A stretch of DNA of 64,000 bases from an uncultured Gemmatimonadaceae bacterium (lineage in GTDB: Bacteria > Gemmatimonadota > Gemmatimonadetes > Gemmatimonadales > Gemmatimonadaceae). Made by a program: the position numbers and the translations under genes. The notes under the pieces are model-generated. The model ran no database searches. It saw only the letters and a program-made list of their open reading frames with translations, and had not been told where the DNA came from. The stretch lies in the NCBI GenBank assembly GCA_963716745.1, contig OY970320.1, forward strand, positions 2,496,001-2,560,000, read 5' to 3'. This document shows, one piece after another, positions 30,214-40,944 of this stretch. Each line of letters starts with the position of its first letter. Position 1 is the first letter of the stretch.

Positions 30214-31601
30214 ATGCAATCCGACATCGCCGAGGTCCAACAGCATTCCACCGCCCTCCGAAAGGAGGTCGGCCTCTCGGCGCTCGTGCTCACGCAGATC
30301 ATGTACGTCGTGGGCACCGGTTGGGTGGGCACCGCGGCGAAACTCGGCCATGGGCACACGATCTTCTGGCTGCTGGCGATCGCGCTCTTCTTCCTGCCGC
30401 AGGCGGCGGTCGTCATCTGGCTGAACCGGTTGATGCCGCTGGAAGGTGGCCTCTACCAGTGGGCCAAACTCGGCTTCAACGATCTCACCGGATTCCTCAC
30501 GGCGTGGAATCTCTGGGTCTACGCGATTCTCATCCTCTCGGCGTTCGGACTGATCGTCGCGCGCAATCTCGCGCCGTTGCTCGATGCGCCGCCGTTCACC
30601 GACACGCGCGCGTATGCGGCGCTCGTGACCGTCGCGCTGATCGTTGGTGTCGCGGCTCATCACCGTGCTCGGGCCTGCGCGTGGGGAAATGGGTGCAGGG
30701 GATCGGCGGCATTGCGCAGCTCGCGGCGTTCGCGGCGCTGATCGCTGCGCCCGCGATCGCGCTCCACCGCGGCGTCGCGATCGATGCGCACCCGGTGGAA
30801 TTCGTGCTGCCCGCGATGTCGCTGCTCTCGCTGAACATCTTCGGCAAGATGGCGATGGGCGCGTTCAGCGGATTGGAATACGTCGCGCTCATGGCCGGCG
30901 AGACCAAGGATCCCGCGCGCTCCATCGCGCGCTCGGTGATGATCTCGACGCCGATCATCGGCGCGATGTTCATCTTCGGCACCGCGAGCGTGGTCGCGCT
31001 CGTGCCGAAGAGCTCGATCGACCTCATCGCGCCGGTGCCGCAAGCATTGCTGCTCGGCTGGACGAGCACCGGCGCCGGCGGCGTGGTGGTGATGATGGTG
31101 ACCGTGATGCTCGTGATCCGCCTGCTCGCGAATACGAGCTTCGTGTTCGCGGGGAATTCGCGCCTCCCGATGGTGGCGGGGTGGGATGGTCTCCTCCCCG
31201 CGTGGTTCACGCGCTTGCACCCGCGCTGGCGCACGCCGCGCAACGCGATCCTCTTCGTGGCGGGCGTGGTGCTCGTGTTCTCGGGGCTCGGGCTCGTGGA
31301 CGCAGGGCAGCAGGAGGCCTTCCAATTGCTCGACAGCGCGGGCGGCATCCTGTACGCCGTGAGTTATCTCGTGATGTTCGCGCTCCCGCTCATCGCGCCG
31401 GCGCGGCTCGGCGCGCGTCCGCCCATGTGGCTGCGCGCCGCATCGTTGTCGGGATTCGTCGTGACCGCGGTGTACTGCGTGATGAACGTGTTTCCGATCA
31501 TCGACGTGCCGAATCCGTTCGGCTTCACGGTGAAGATCGTATCGGTGATCGTGCTCGCGAACTTGGTGGGAATGGCGCTGTTCTTCAGTTCACGGCGCTA
31601 G
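30214..31601 (+). CDS. APC family amino-acid permease (frameshift near 30655)
   Basis: EGGLYQW, AFSGLEY..LMAGETKDP, LHPRWRTP. Confidence 0.85.
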
Positions 31602-32333
31602 GGATTCGGAATGAACGCCCACTTGGCCTGCACGCTCGCGGAGATGGAGATGTCGCCGGCGACGATCGGGGTCTCGGGCTGCGGGCCGGCGAAGGACGCG
31701 CGCATCATCGGGCGCGGCCCCTGAGCCTCCTCGTTCGTGGCCACGAAGATGAGCGGTCCCAGCGTTCCGCCCATCGCTTTCGCGAGCACCATCGCGTCCG
31801 ACTTGGCCTGCGCCGCCGCATCGGCGAGCGCCGCGCGGCGCGCATCGGCGGTGTTGGAGGCATCGAACGTGAGATCGCTCACGTTCGTCGCGCCCTTCGC
31901 GAGCGCCGCATCGATCACCGCGCCCACGCGGTCGAGCTGCGTGAGCCGCACGGTGATGGCGTTGTTCGCGAGGAATCCGTTCCGCTCCGCGACACCCTTC
32001 GCATTGGTCTCATACGCCTGCTGCACCGTGAAGCCCGCTGTGCCGATCTGACTGGGCGCGATGCCGATCGCGCGCAAGCGTATCGAGCACGGCGCGCTGC
32101 GCGCGCGCGTTCGCCTGCGCCGCGGCGCCGGCCGATGCCGCGCGCGTCTCCACCGCGAGGATCAGCGTCGCGCGGTCGGGGGCCATGCGCACCTCGCGGG
32201 TCGCCGAGGTCTGGATCGTGGCGGTGTCGCCGATCCCGACGGGTTGATGCGGGTACGGCGCCTGCGCGGAAAGGGACAGCGCGCCCGAGATGACCAGGGC
32301 GACGAGAGCGGTGCGTACGCTGCGGGCGGACAT
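31598..32333 (-). CDS. SIMPL (DUF541) domain periplasmic protein (frameshift near 32075)
   Basis: Signal peptide, APDRA, GATNVSDLTF, LAKAMG..LG. Confidence 0.82.
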
Positions 32334-32451
32334 GTGCGAACTCCGTGGCGGGGCGAACGTGATTCTACTGTGCGCCGCCGCGTTTCGCGAGCGCGGCACA
32401 GAGCAGCGGCAGGCTCGCCAGGAGCGCGAGCACAATGATCAAGAGGATCTT

Positions 32452-32589
32452 TCAATGCGTCGGCCAGCTCGCGAAGGCACGGTGGCTGCCGGATGGCGGC
32501 CCCGTGTGCAGCGGTTCCCATGACGGCGGATCGCTCGCGGGGAACGACTCGCGCGAGCTCTCGTCGATCGGATCCGGCGGCTGTGTCAT
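32452..32589 (-). CDS. Small protein with SFPASDPPSW motif (45 aa)
   Basis: MTQPPDPIDESSRESFPASDPPSWEP. GGAGG SD and ATGA overlap with the upstream gene. Confidence 0.7.
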   Translation of the reverse strand: MTQPPDPIDESSRESFPASDPPSWEPLHTGPPSGSHRAFASWPTH

Positions 32590-33080
32590 GCGCCTCCGGG
32601 GAATTCCAATTCGAGCGTGCCGCCCGCCGGCAGCGCACGCCATTTCGCCGCGAGCTCGCCGAGGCGCGAATGGATCGCGACGAGTTGCTCCTCGGTCACG
32701 GTGCGAGGGCGCGCAATGCCCTTCGAATCCGCATACACTTTCGTGCGCTCGTTCAATTCCGCCGCCGTGAGTTCTTCGCGCAAGAGGAACGTGCGCCACA
32801 CTTCGCCGACGATCGACTCCACCTCCAGCGCCTCCCCAGGGATCGGTCCGCGTGGCCATCCGTTGCCGAAATCTTCGAAGCTCCAGCCCTGCGCCACGAG
32901 TCCGAAGAACGCGTTCCCGATGCCGAGCGTGGACTCTACGCTGTAATGCACGAGATCGTGCACCGGGAACGCGACGTGCGAGTGCTGCCACGTGGCGGTG
33001 CCGTCGGCGCGCACGCCCGTGAGCACCGGCGGAGCGTCGGGGGTCTTCTTCAGGCGGATGGTGAGTGGCGGATTCGGCAT
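32586..33080 (-). CDS. Hypothetical protein with HDLVH motif
   Basis: 164 aa with normal composition, containing HDLVHYSVESTLG..FFGLVAQGW. Confidence 0.7.
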   Translation of the reverse strand: MPNPPLTIRLKKTPDAPPVLTGVRADGTATWQHSHVAFPVHDLVHYSVESTLGIGNAFFGLVAQGWSFEDFGNGWPRGPIPGEALEVESIVGEVWRTFLLREELTAAELNERTKVYADSKGIARPRTVTEEQLVAIHSRLGELAAKWRALPAGGTLELEFPGGA

Positions 33081-33127
33081 CGTGACAAAAAAGCTAGCAT
33101 GGGGCGAGGCCTTTGCCAGCGTGTGGA

Positions 33128-34732
33128 TCATCGGGCGCTGTCGGGATCCGGCCGGAGTGAGAAGCGGGTCGCCTCGAGCACGAGATGCGAGATCCTGTTC
33201 GCGAACGCGGCCTGGGGCGCGGGCTGACCGCCGGGATCCGAATACGAGTAGGTGCGGTAGCGATCGCCTTCGCGCAACTCGACCACGAGCGAGACCCCGT
33301 CGGTATGGACAATGCCGCGGTACTGGATGAGCGTGGTATCTGACGGGAGGGACCACACGCCGAGCGAGTCGATCTGGTTCCAAAGCCGCGCCCATTTGGC
33401 GTCGCGCGAAGGCGCCGCGCTGCAGGTGATCCAGTGGGTAAACCCGTCCTCCGTCGTATCGGCGTCTCGCCGTCGGACATCACCGCACTCTTTGATCCGG
33501 TGGGCGAATCGAAATTGGAAATCGTGACCGCCGGGCATGAGCGTGTCGTTTTCGCTCGGGTTCTTGAACCAATAGAGTTGCCGCCCCGTGACCTCGCCGT
33601 TCAGCTGAACGAGCTCGATCATGTCGTCAGGCTCGGTGTTCCCGAAACCGTACCAGAGCCGGATCTGGCGCGTGCCGGCAGGCAACGCAGCGCGCCGCAT
33701 CAGCGGGAGTCCCGCCGTGATCGCCGCGCCATCGATCGTGAGGGTATACTCCGGCATCTGCGCGGCGGTGTCGGAGAAGGCGGTCTTGACCGGAGGCCCC
33801 AAGTGCGGCGTGGGGTCCACCATGTCCGATGCGAGCGTTGGCTTCCAAGGAAATGGTCCGAGCGTAAAATGAATTGAGTCGCGCTGTCCCGCCGACAACC
33901 GCACGATTCGCGCCGCGCCCCACGCGCCGTTCCCGTCGGCGCGAATGAAGTACGTGCCCGGCGCGAGAGTGAGCATGCCGCCGCCCTCAGGCGCATCGTC
34001 ACCGTGCCAGCGCAGAGCACCCGCAGCGGCGCCCGCGGGCCAACCGATCGCGGTGACTTCGACGTTCGTGAGGCGGTAGCCCGCGGTGTCCGTTACGGAG
34101 ATCCGCAGCGCTGCTGGGGGTCCGCTCGGTGCGCTCTCGGTCACGCGCTCGGCGCAATACGTACCGTGCGGGTTCGCGAGCCGGTTGCCGTTCCGATCGA
34201 ATCGGATCATAAGACCGTATTGCCACCACGCTCCCGAAAAGGAGCGCGAGCTGATCCGCCGCACCGAGTAGCCGGTATACCACGCATCGGTGCCCGCCGC
34301 GAAGACCGTGTCGCCGCGGCTGTACGAGGGGAAGGACCCCTCGCGGATGGATCCGCCCCCGTATGTGAGCGCATATCGCCACTCATCGGAGATGAACGGA
34401 TCGAGTCCCCATGGGATGAGCTGCCACGGCGGTCGGGCGGTCAGCCCCCACGCCGCCCTGCCCACGAGCGAGATCGGCGGCGCCGTCTCGTTGCCGAGGC
34501 CACCGACGATGGAGGGTCGCGTCGTCAGCCAGAAGTAGCCGAGCCGCGCGTTTCCTGGAACATCGCCCTCTTCGACCGCCGTGACCTTGAAAACGCCGGT
34601 AAGTGCCGCGGCGCTGTCAGCGCGACTCACCACGGCAGCCGACTCCACGCCACAACCCGGCGACGGACTCGCCACCGTCGCAGCGTGACAGGCGGCCAGG
34701 AAAAGAGCCACTGTAAGCAGCGAGAATCGCAT
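33128..34732 (-). CDS. Hypothetical multidomain lipoprotein
   Basis: MRFSLLTVALFLAAC lipobox and a central beta-sandwich segment (LAPGTY). Confidence 0.65.
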   Translation of the reverse strand: MRFSLLTVALFLAACHAATVASPSPGCGVESAAVVSRADSAAALTGVFKVTAVEEGDVPGNARLGYFWLTTRPSIVGGLGNETAPPISLVGRAAWGLTARPPWQLIPWGLDPFISDEWRYALTYGGGSIREGSFPSYSRGDTVFAAGTDAWYTGYSVRRISSRSFSGAWWQYGLMIRFDRNGNRLANPHGTYCAERVTESAPSGPPAALRISVTDTAGYRLTNVEVTAIGWPAGAAAGALRWHGDDAPEGGGMLTLAPGTYFIRADGNGAWGAARIVRLSAGQRDSIHFTLGPFPWKPTLASDMVDPTPHLGPPVKTAFSDTAAQMPEYTLTIDGAAITAGLPLMRRAALPAGTRQIRLWYGFGNTEPDDMIELVQLNGEVTGRQLYWFKNPSENDTLMPGGHDFQFRFAHRIKECGDVRRRDADTTEDGFTHWITCSAAPSRDAKWARLWNQIDSLGVWSLPSDTTLIQYRGIVHTDGVSLVVELREGDRYRTYSYSDPGGQPAPQAAFANRISHLVLEATRFSLRPDPDSAR

Positions 34733-34772
34733 GACAGAAGACGCCGCGGCGCCGTCCGCTTGCACACGAAGG

Positions 34773-35586
34773 TCAGTGCGCCTGCGCCACCCGCGGATCC
34801 CTCCGCGCCCGCATCCAGATGAATCCGCCCACCACGAACAGCAGCGCGATCACCTGCGCCACGGTGAGCCCCGCGATGAACCGGTCGTCCTTCGCGCGCA
34901 GGAACTCGATCACGAACCGCTCGATCCCCGCCAGCACCATGTACACGCCGAAGAGCCAGCCGTCGGCATGCTTGTGATCGCGCATCCGCCACAGGATCAC
35001 GAACATCACGATGCCGAGTGTCACCTCGTACAACTGCGTTGGATACACGGAGAGCACGGTGTTCGGCAGCACGCCCGCCGGGATCGGCACGCCGAACATC
35101 GCCTGCATGTTCGCCGCCGTGCTCGGCGGCGCGCCCTGCGGGAAACTCACCGCGAGCGCGGATTTCCACGGACGGCCGTAGTCGTCGCCCACCGCCCAGC
35201 ATCCCGTGCGCCCCACGGCGTACGCGGCGGCGATCGCCAGTCCCGCGACGTCGGCGATCTTCCAGAACGGCAAGCGGCGCGCGCGGATCGTGAGCGACAC
35301 CGCGAGGATACCCCCGATCAGTCCGCCCCAGAACACGAATCCGCCGCGACTCAGCAGATTGTGGATGTCCTGCGTGAGGATCACGTAGTAGATCTTCGCG
35401 CCCGAGCAGGCCGCCCACCACCGCGGCGAGCACGAGATCGCCGATGTAGCTCGCGTCATAGCCTTTGCGCTCGAGCCCGCGTTCGCTCACGGTCTGCGCG
35501 ACCATGAATGCCATGAGCACGGCGAGGCCGAAGCCGGTGAAGGTCAGTGGTCCGACGTGGATCTCGAACGGATGCGCTACGGTCAT
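34773..35586 (-). CDS. lgt: Prolipoprotein diacylglyceryl transferase (frameshift near 35410)
   Basis: GGFVFWGGLIGG, GRTGC..GDDYG, YPTQLYE, RFVIEFLR. Confidence 0.9.
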
Positions 35587-36629
35587 GCGGCCACGAGTCC
35601 GGGCAAGGGTAGAGAAGCATACGCATTGAGGTCGAGCGACGCACGTTCGCCGCGCTCGAAGCGGAACAGTCCGGCGCGCGCGATCATCGCCGCGTTGTCG
35701 GTGGCGAGCCGCGGGCTGGGTGCGAACAGCTCCGCTCCGCTCGCGGCCAGCCGCTCGCGCATCGCCTCTTGCAGCGTACGATTGCACGCGACACCGCCGC
35801 CGAGTATCACCCGGCTGCGCCCGAACCGTTCCGCGGCGCGCGCGGTCTTCTCGGCGAGCGTCGCGATCATCGCGTCCTGGAATCCGCGCGCGATGCTCGC
35901 GCGCGAGGCCTCGAGGTCCGTGCTGTTCGCACGCACGACGTTCAACACCGCTGTTTTCAATCCGCTGAAGGACATGTCGTAGTAATCGTCGTCGCCGGGC
36001 TCGGCGCTCGCGCGCACCATGGGGCGCGTGAAACGGAACGCCTTCGGATCGCCGTCGCGCGCGGCGCGCTCGATCTGCGGACCGCCGGGATACGGGAGGC
36101 CGAGCAGTTTCGCCACCTTGTCGAACGCCTCGCCCGCCGCGTCATCGCGCGTCGCGCCGAGCAGGTTGTACGTGCCCCACGCGGGCACGTCGAGCAGCAT
36201 GGTGTGTCCGCCCGAGATGAGCAGGGCGGTGAAGGGCGGCACCGCGCGCTCATGCTCGAGCGATGTCGCGAAGAGATGCCCCTCCATGTGATGCACGCCG
36301 AGCACCGGCAGGCCGTGCGCGAAGGCGAAACTCTTGCCGAAGCTGACGCCCACGAGCAGCGCGCCCACGAGTCCCGGCGCGTGCGTGACCGCCACCGCGT
36401 CGAGCTCGGCCGGCGCGATGTTCGCGTCGGCGAGCGCGCGCTCGACCACCGGCACGATGCTCGTGAGATGCGCGCGCGACGCGATCTCGGGCACCACGCC
36501 GCCGAACACGCGATGCACGTCCTGCGAGAGGATCACGAGCGAGCGGGTCGCGACGACATCGCCCGTACCCTCGACCACGGCGGCCGACGTCTCATCGCAC
36601 GACGTCTCGATGCCGAGGATGCGCGTCAT
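35583..36629 (-). CDS. tsaD: tRNA N6-threonylcarbamoyltransferase
   Basis: LGIETSCDET, GGVVPEIASRAH, HHMEGH, DDAAGEAFDKVA, TDNAAMI. Confidence 0.96.
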   Translation of the reverse strand: MTRILGIETSCDETSAAVVEGTGDVVATRSLVILSQDVHRVFGGVVPEIASRAHLTSIVPVVERALADANIAPAELDAVAVTHAPGLVGALLVGVSFGKSFAFAHGLPVLGVHHMEGHLFATSLEHERAVPPFTALLISGGHTMLLDVPAWGTYNLLGATRDDAAGEAFDKVAKLLGLPYPGGPQIERAARDGDPKAFRFTRPMVRASAEPGDDDYYDMSFSGLKTAVLNVVRANSTDLEASRASIARGFQDAMIATLAEKTARAAERFGRSRVILGGGVACNRTLQEAMRERLAASGAELFAPSPRLATDNAAMIARAGLFRFERGERASLDLNAYASLPLPGLVAA

Positions 36630-37039
36630 GGCGCGGCGCGCAGTTTGAGCCGCACGACGCGCGGCCGGATGTCGCGCACGCGCGCGTCCACGCCCGAGGG
36701 GAATTCGATGTCGTCGGCCGCGAACGCGATCACGGCGACGTTGCCGCCGGCGTCGGCCGCCTGCATGTGCGCCACCGGATGCGCGGTCGTGAGTTCGAGC
36801 AGGTCGCGTCCGCGCGCGGCGACGAGCGCGCGCACGCGCGGCGGCGCGTCGGCGAGCGCGAAACCGGAATCCACCGTGAGATCGAGGCGCACGTCCACCC
36901 ACTGCTCGGCTTGGTCCTGCAGCGTCACCACGAGCCACAGGAGCATCGCGAGCACGAGCGCCGCGATCTTGGCCGGGAGGCGTTCGGTGAACGCCGCGCG
37001 AACGCGCAGCGGGATCGTCCGCACCTTGATGGCGATCAT
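36626..37039 (-). CDS. Short YbbR/CdaR-like membrane protein
   Basis: KIAALVLAMLLWLVV TM segment followed by one beta domain. Confidence 0.55.
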   Translation of the reverse strand: MIAIKVRTIPLRVRAAFTERLPAKIAALVLAMLLWLVVTLQDQAEQWVDVRLDLTVDSGFALADAPPRVRALVAARGRDLLELTTAHPVAHMQAADAGGNVAVIAFAADDIEFPSGVDARVRDIRPRVVRLKLRAAP

Positions 37040-37578
37040 TCCGCGAGCAGCCGCTCGACCATCGCGCGGTTGTCGGGCGTGTCCCACCGTTGCGCGCCGA
37101 TCACCTTCCGGCGGATCATCCCGTCCTTCGCGACCACGAAGGTCGCGGGGATCCCGAACGCATCGAGCTGCTCCTCGATATGGCCGGTGCCCTCCTGCAG
37201 AATGGGGAAGGTGAGTCCGTATTGTTTCACGAACTCGCGGATCTGCGGTTCGAGGCCCGGATTGTCGATCGACACGCCGACCACAACGAGTCCCTTGGGC
37301 CCGAGCGCGCGGCTCAATCGTTCGAGGCTCGGCATCTCCTCCCGGCAGGGAATGCAGTACGTGGCCCAGATGTTCACGAGCACCACGCGTCCGCGATAGT
37401 CGGAGAAGTGTTTCGCGAGCGCCGGCTCGTCCATCGTGTGCGCGGCGAAGTCGGGCATTTGCGCGCCGACCGTGGCCGCGTTCGACCCGCCGCCCAGGCG
37501 CCGCGCCGCGATCAACGCCGTGCCCATGAGTCCCACGACCACTACGCCGGCCACCGCCCACTGCGCGCGGAGCGTCAC
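37036..37578 (-). CDS. TlpA/ResA-like thiol-disulfide oxidoreductase
   Basis: N-terminal TM, NIWATYCIPCREEMP, GIPATF. Confidence 0.9.
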   Translation of the reverse strand: MTLRAQWAVAGVVVVGLMGTALIAARRLGGGSNAATVGAQMPDFAAHTMDEPALAKHFSDYRGRVVLVNIWATYCIPCREEMPSLERLSRALGPKGLVVVGVSIDNPGLEPQIREFVKQYGLTFPILQEGTGHIEEQLDAFGIPATFVVAKDGMIRRKVIGAQRWDTPDNRAMVERLLAE

Positions 37579-38240
37579 GCCTGCTCCATCGCGAGCCGGC
37601 GCAGCGTAGAGATCGCGTCCTTGGGATCGGCTGCGGCGCACACCGCCTGCCCGGCGACGAAGGTGTCGGCACCGGCGCGATGCACGCGCGCGATCGTGTC
37701 GCGGTTGATCCCACCATCCACCTCGAGCGCCGCGCGGCTGTGCGCGCCGTCGAGCAGCGCCCGCGCGCGACGCACCTTGTCCACGCTGGATTCGATGAAC
37801 GTCTGGCCGCCGAATCCCGGGTTCACGCTCATGATGAGCAGCAGGTCCACCATGGAGATCACGTCGGCCACCATGTCGAGCGGCGTACTGGGATTGAGCG
37901 CGACGCCCGCCATGCAACCGAGCTCTCGAATGCGGCCGAGGTGGCGATGCAAATGCGGTGCGACCTCGGCGTGGATCGTGATGTGGTTCGCGCCGGCCGC
38001 GGCGAAGCTGTCGAAGTAACGCTCGGGTTCCACCACCATGAGATGGACATCGAGTGGGAGCTTCGTGAGCCGCCGCAGGGTCTCGATCACTTTCGCGCCG
38101 AAGGTGAGATTCGGCACGAAGCGGCCGTCCATGACATCCACGTGCAGCCAGTCGGCGCCGCCGGCCTCGAGACGCGCCACTTCCCGGTCGAGCTGCGCGA
38201 AGTCCGCGCTCAGCATGGATGGAGCGATGCGTACGGTCAC
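37575..38240 (-). CDS. rpe: Ribulose-phosphate 3-epimerase
   Basis: IAPSMLSADF, HVDVMDGRFVPNLTFG, MSVNPGFGGQ, VDGGI. Confidence 0.96.
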   Translation of the reverse strand: MTVRIAPSMLSADFAQLDREVARLEAGGADWLHVDVMDGRFVPNLTFGAKVIETLRRLTKLPLDVHLMVVEPERYFDSFAAAGANHITIHAEVAPHLHRHLGRIRELGCMAGVALNPSTPLDMVADVISMVDLLLIMSVNPGFGGQTFIESSVDKVRRARALLDGAHSRAALEVDGGINRDTIARVHRAGADTFVAGQAVCAAADPKDAISTLRRLAMEQA

Positions 38241-38969
38241 GGATGATTGGCCACGATGAGGGTGACGGCAGTGCCCGAGTTCACGGCGCGCGTCGGCGCC
38301 GGGTCCTGCCCGATCACGATGCCGTTCGGCGCGTCGGCGAGCGTGTCGTGCGCCGGCGCGACGAGGAAGCCGAGTTGTTCCAGGAGTGCGCGCGCGGCGG
38401 CGTATTGTTGGCCCGTCACATCGGGCACCGTCACGAGCGACGGTCCCGCGCTCACCGTGATCGTGATCGCGCTCGCCGCCGGCACGCGCACGCCCGACGC
38501 GGGATAGACTGCTGAGCACCGTACCGCGCGGCGACGGGCTGTCCATCGCGATCACGTCGCCGATGTCCAGTCCGCTGTTCGTGAGCGTGGCCTCCGCCTG
38601 CTGCTGCGTGAGCCCGGTGATCGGCGGCACTTCCACCGTGCGCTGGCCGCGCGAGAGGTCGAGCACCACGCGCGCGCCGCGCGAGTGCACGCTCTGCGGC
38701 GCGGGCGACTGGCTCAGCACGCTCCCCGCGGGCACCGTGCTCTCATAGCGCTGCTCGCCGCGCTGCGCGACGAAGCCGGAGTCGGTGAGGATCTGTTTCG
38801 CCTGCTCGAACGGCAGGCCGGTGACGTTCGGCACCGCCAGGTCGGTCTTGTTCCCGCTGTTCGGGAAGATGAACAGGCCGACGATGGCGTACGCGAGCAC
38901 GAAGCCGCCGCCGCTCACGGCGAAGTACGGCCAAATGCGGCGCCCGATGGTCCGCAGGTTCTCGTTCAT
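38237..38969 (-). CDS. Membrane-anchored PASTA-repeat protein (about 3 repeats, frameshift near 38505)
   Basis: TM followed by VPNVTG, VPPITG and VPDVTG repeats. No kinase or PBP domain. Confidence 0.85.
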
Positions 38970-40321
38970 GCGGCGCTCCGGCGCAGGCGCGCCGCGAACG
39001 CGCCGTCCACGCCGTGGCGCTGCGGGAGCACGCGCAGGCGGCCGGCGTCGAGCACTTCCGCCGGCACGGCGCCCGCCGGCGGCGGCTCGAGCGTGAACGC
39101 GCCGCGCGCATCGGCGAGGAAGCTCTCGATCTGCGCGTCGTTCTCCTCGGGCTCGATGGAGCAGGTGGAGTACACCAGCAGTCCGCCGGGCCGAACGACG
39201 TTCGCCGCGGCCCGCAGCAGCGCACGCTGCAGCGCGCTCATCACCGCGAGATCGCTCGGCTTGAGGCGCCACCGCGCATCGGGATGCCGGCGGAAGGTGC
39301 CGGTGCCGCTGCACGGCACATCGAGCAGCACCGCGTCCACCTCGGCCACCGCCGGGAAACGCGCGTCGGCCACCACGGGAAACACGTTCTTCGCGCCCAC
39401 GCGCGCGATGTTCTGCGCGAGCCGCGGCGCGCGCGCCGGACTCCGGTCGCACGCGATGACCACGCGCGCCTCGCGCGCGAGCTCGAGCGCCTTGCCCCCG
39501 GGCGCCGCGCACAGGTCGGCCACGCGCGAGCCCGGCGCGATGGCCGCGTACTCGGTCACGAGCGTCGCGCCGGGATCCTGCACGAAGAACTGCCCCTGCG
39601 CGTACGCGCCGAGCCCGGTGAGCGACACGCCGCTCTCGATCTCGAGACTCCCGTGCACGAGCGGAACGTGCCGCGTCGTGACGCTCGCCGCGTCGAGGAT
39701 CGATTCGAGCTGCTCGCGCGCCACGCCGTATGGCCGCAGCACGGTGGGCGGCTCGATGTTGTTCTGCGCCAGCAGCGCCGCGGTGTCGGTCGCGCCCCAG
39801 CGCGCCACCCAGCGCGCCACGAGCCAGCGCGGATGCGAGTGCGCGAGCGCGAGCGCCTCCACCGGATCCGCGGGCGCCGGCAAAGCGAGTTCGCCGCGCT
39901 CGCGATCGATACGGCGCAGCACCGCGTTCGCGAGACGGCTCGCGCCGATGCCGTGCCGCTCCTTCACGAGCTCCACCGTCTGCGCGATCGCCGCGTACGC
40001 CGGCACGGAGCCCATGTGCAGCAGCTGGTCGGCGCCGAGTCGGAGGAGGTCCACCACGTCGGCGTCGAGCCGCCCGAGCCCGCCGGTCACGCGCGGCGCG
40101 ATATGCGCGTCGAGTTCCGCGCGCCGGCGCAGCATGCCGAACACCAACTCCTGCAGCCAGCGGCGGTCGCGCGCGTCGAGCGGCGCGGTTCGCGACTCGA
40201 ACGCCGGGTCCAGCATCTCGCCGCGCCGCATGTCCGCGCACAGTTCCGCCGCCGCGCGCCGCGCGTCGGTGACCTGCGAGAGCGGACGGTCAGCCGGAGC
40301 CGGTGCGGGACGCGTCGTCAT
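38966..40321 (-). CDS. rsmB: 16S rRNA m5C967 methyltransferase
   Basis: NusB-like N-terminus, DLCAAPGGK, DVPCSGTG, YSTCS. Confidence 0.93.
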   Translation of the reverse strand: MTTRPAPAPADRPLSQVTDARRAAAELCADMRRGEMLDPAFESRTAPLDARDRRWLQELVFGMLRRRAELDAHIAPRVTGGLGRLDADVVDLLRLGADQLLHMGSVPAYAAIAQTVELVKERHGIGASRLANAVLRRIDRERGELALPAPADPVEALALAHSHPRWLVARWVARWGATDTAALLAQNNIEPPTVLRPYGVAREQLESILDAASVTTRHVPLVHGSLEIESGVSLTGLGAYAQGQFFVQDPGATLVTEYAAIAPGSRVADLCAAPGGKALELAREARVVIACDRSPARAPRLAQNIARVGAKNVFPVVADARFPAVAEVDAVLLDVPCSGTGTFRRHPDARWRLKPSDLAVMSALQRALLRAAANVVRPGGLLVYSTCSIEPEENDAQIESFLADARGAFTLEPPPAGAVPAEVLDAGRLRVLPQRHGVDGAFAARLRRSAA

Positions 40322-40944
40322 AGGCGGAAAGATAGCGCGCAGCGGCGGCCGCGGCATCGTCCGCGCCCCAGATGCCGCGGATCGCCGCCGTGCCCCACGC
40401 GCCGGCCCGGCGCAGCAGCGGCGCGTGCTCCGGCGTCACGCCGCCGATCGCGATCACGGGCGCCGACGTGCTCGCGATGATCTCGCGAATGAGCCCGATG
40501 CCGCGGCCCGGCGCGCCCGGATGCGACGGCGTCTCGAACACGTGGCCCGCCACGAGCCAGTCGGCACCGTCCTTCGCCGCGAACGCCGCCTGCGGTGGCG
40601 TCGTGCACGCTCGCACCCAGCCGCATCGTGACCGCCGGCGCCAGCGCGCGCGCCTGGCGCACGGTGATGGAGCGCGAGGTCAATTGCGCCGCGCGCGCGC
40701 CGAGCGCGAGCGCGAGGTCCACCCGGTCGTTCACAACCAGCCACGCGCCGCCGCGCGATTGCTCGGCGGCGAGATGAACTCCGAGGTCGAACAGCCGCGC
40801 CGCCGTCGTGTGCGCGCCGCGGAGATGCAGCGCGCCGCGCGGGCCGAGCGCGCGCATCACCGAGCGCATGCGCTCCAAGGCATCGTCGCGCGCCAGCACC
40901 TCGTCGTCGGTGATGGCGTGGATGACCGGGATCTCAGCTGCCAA
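40290..40944 (-). CDS. Thiamine-phosphate synthase/TenI family protein (frameshift near 40600)
   Basis: VVNDRVDLA, GASVH, GHVFETPSH, PVIAIGGV. Confidence 0.8.
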
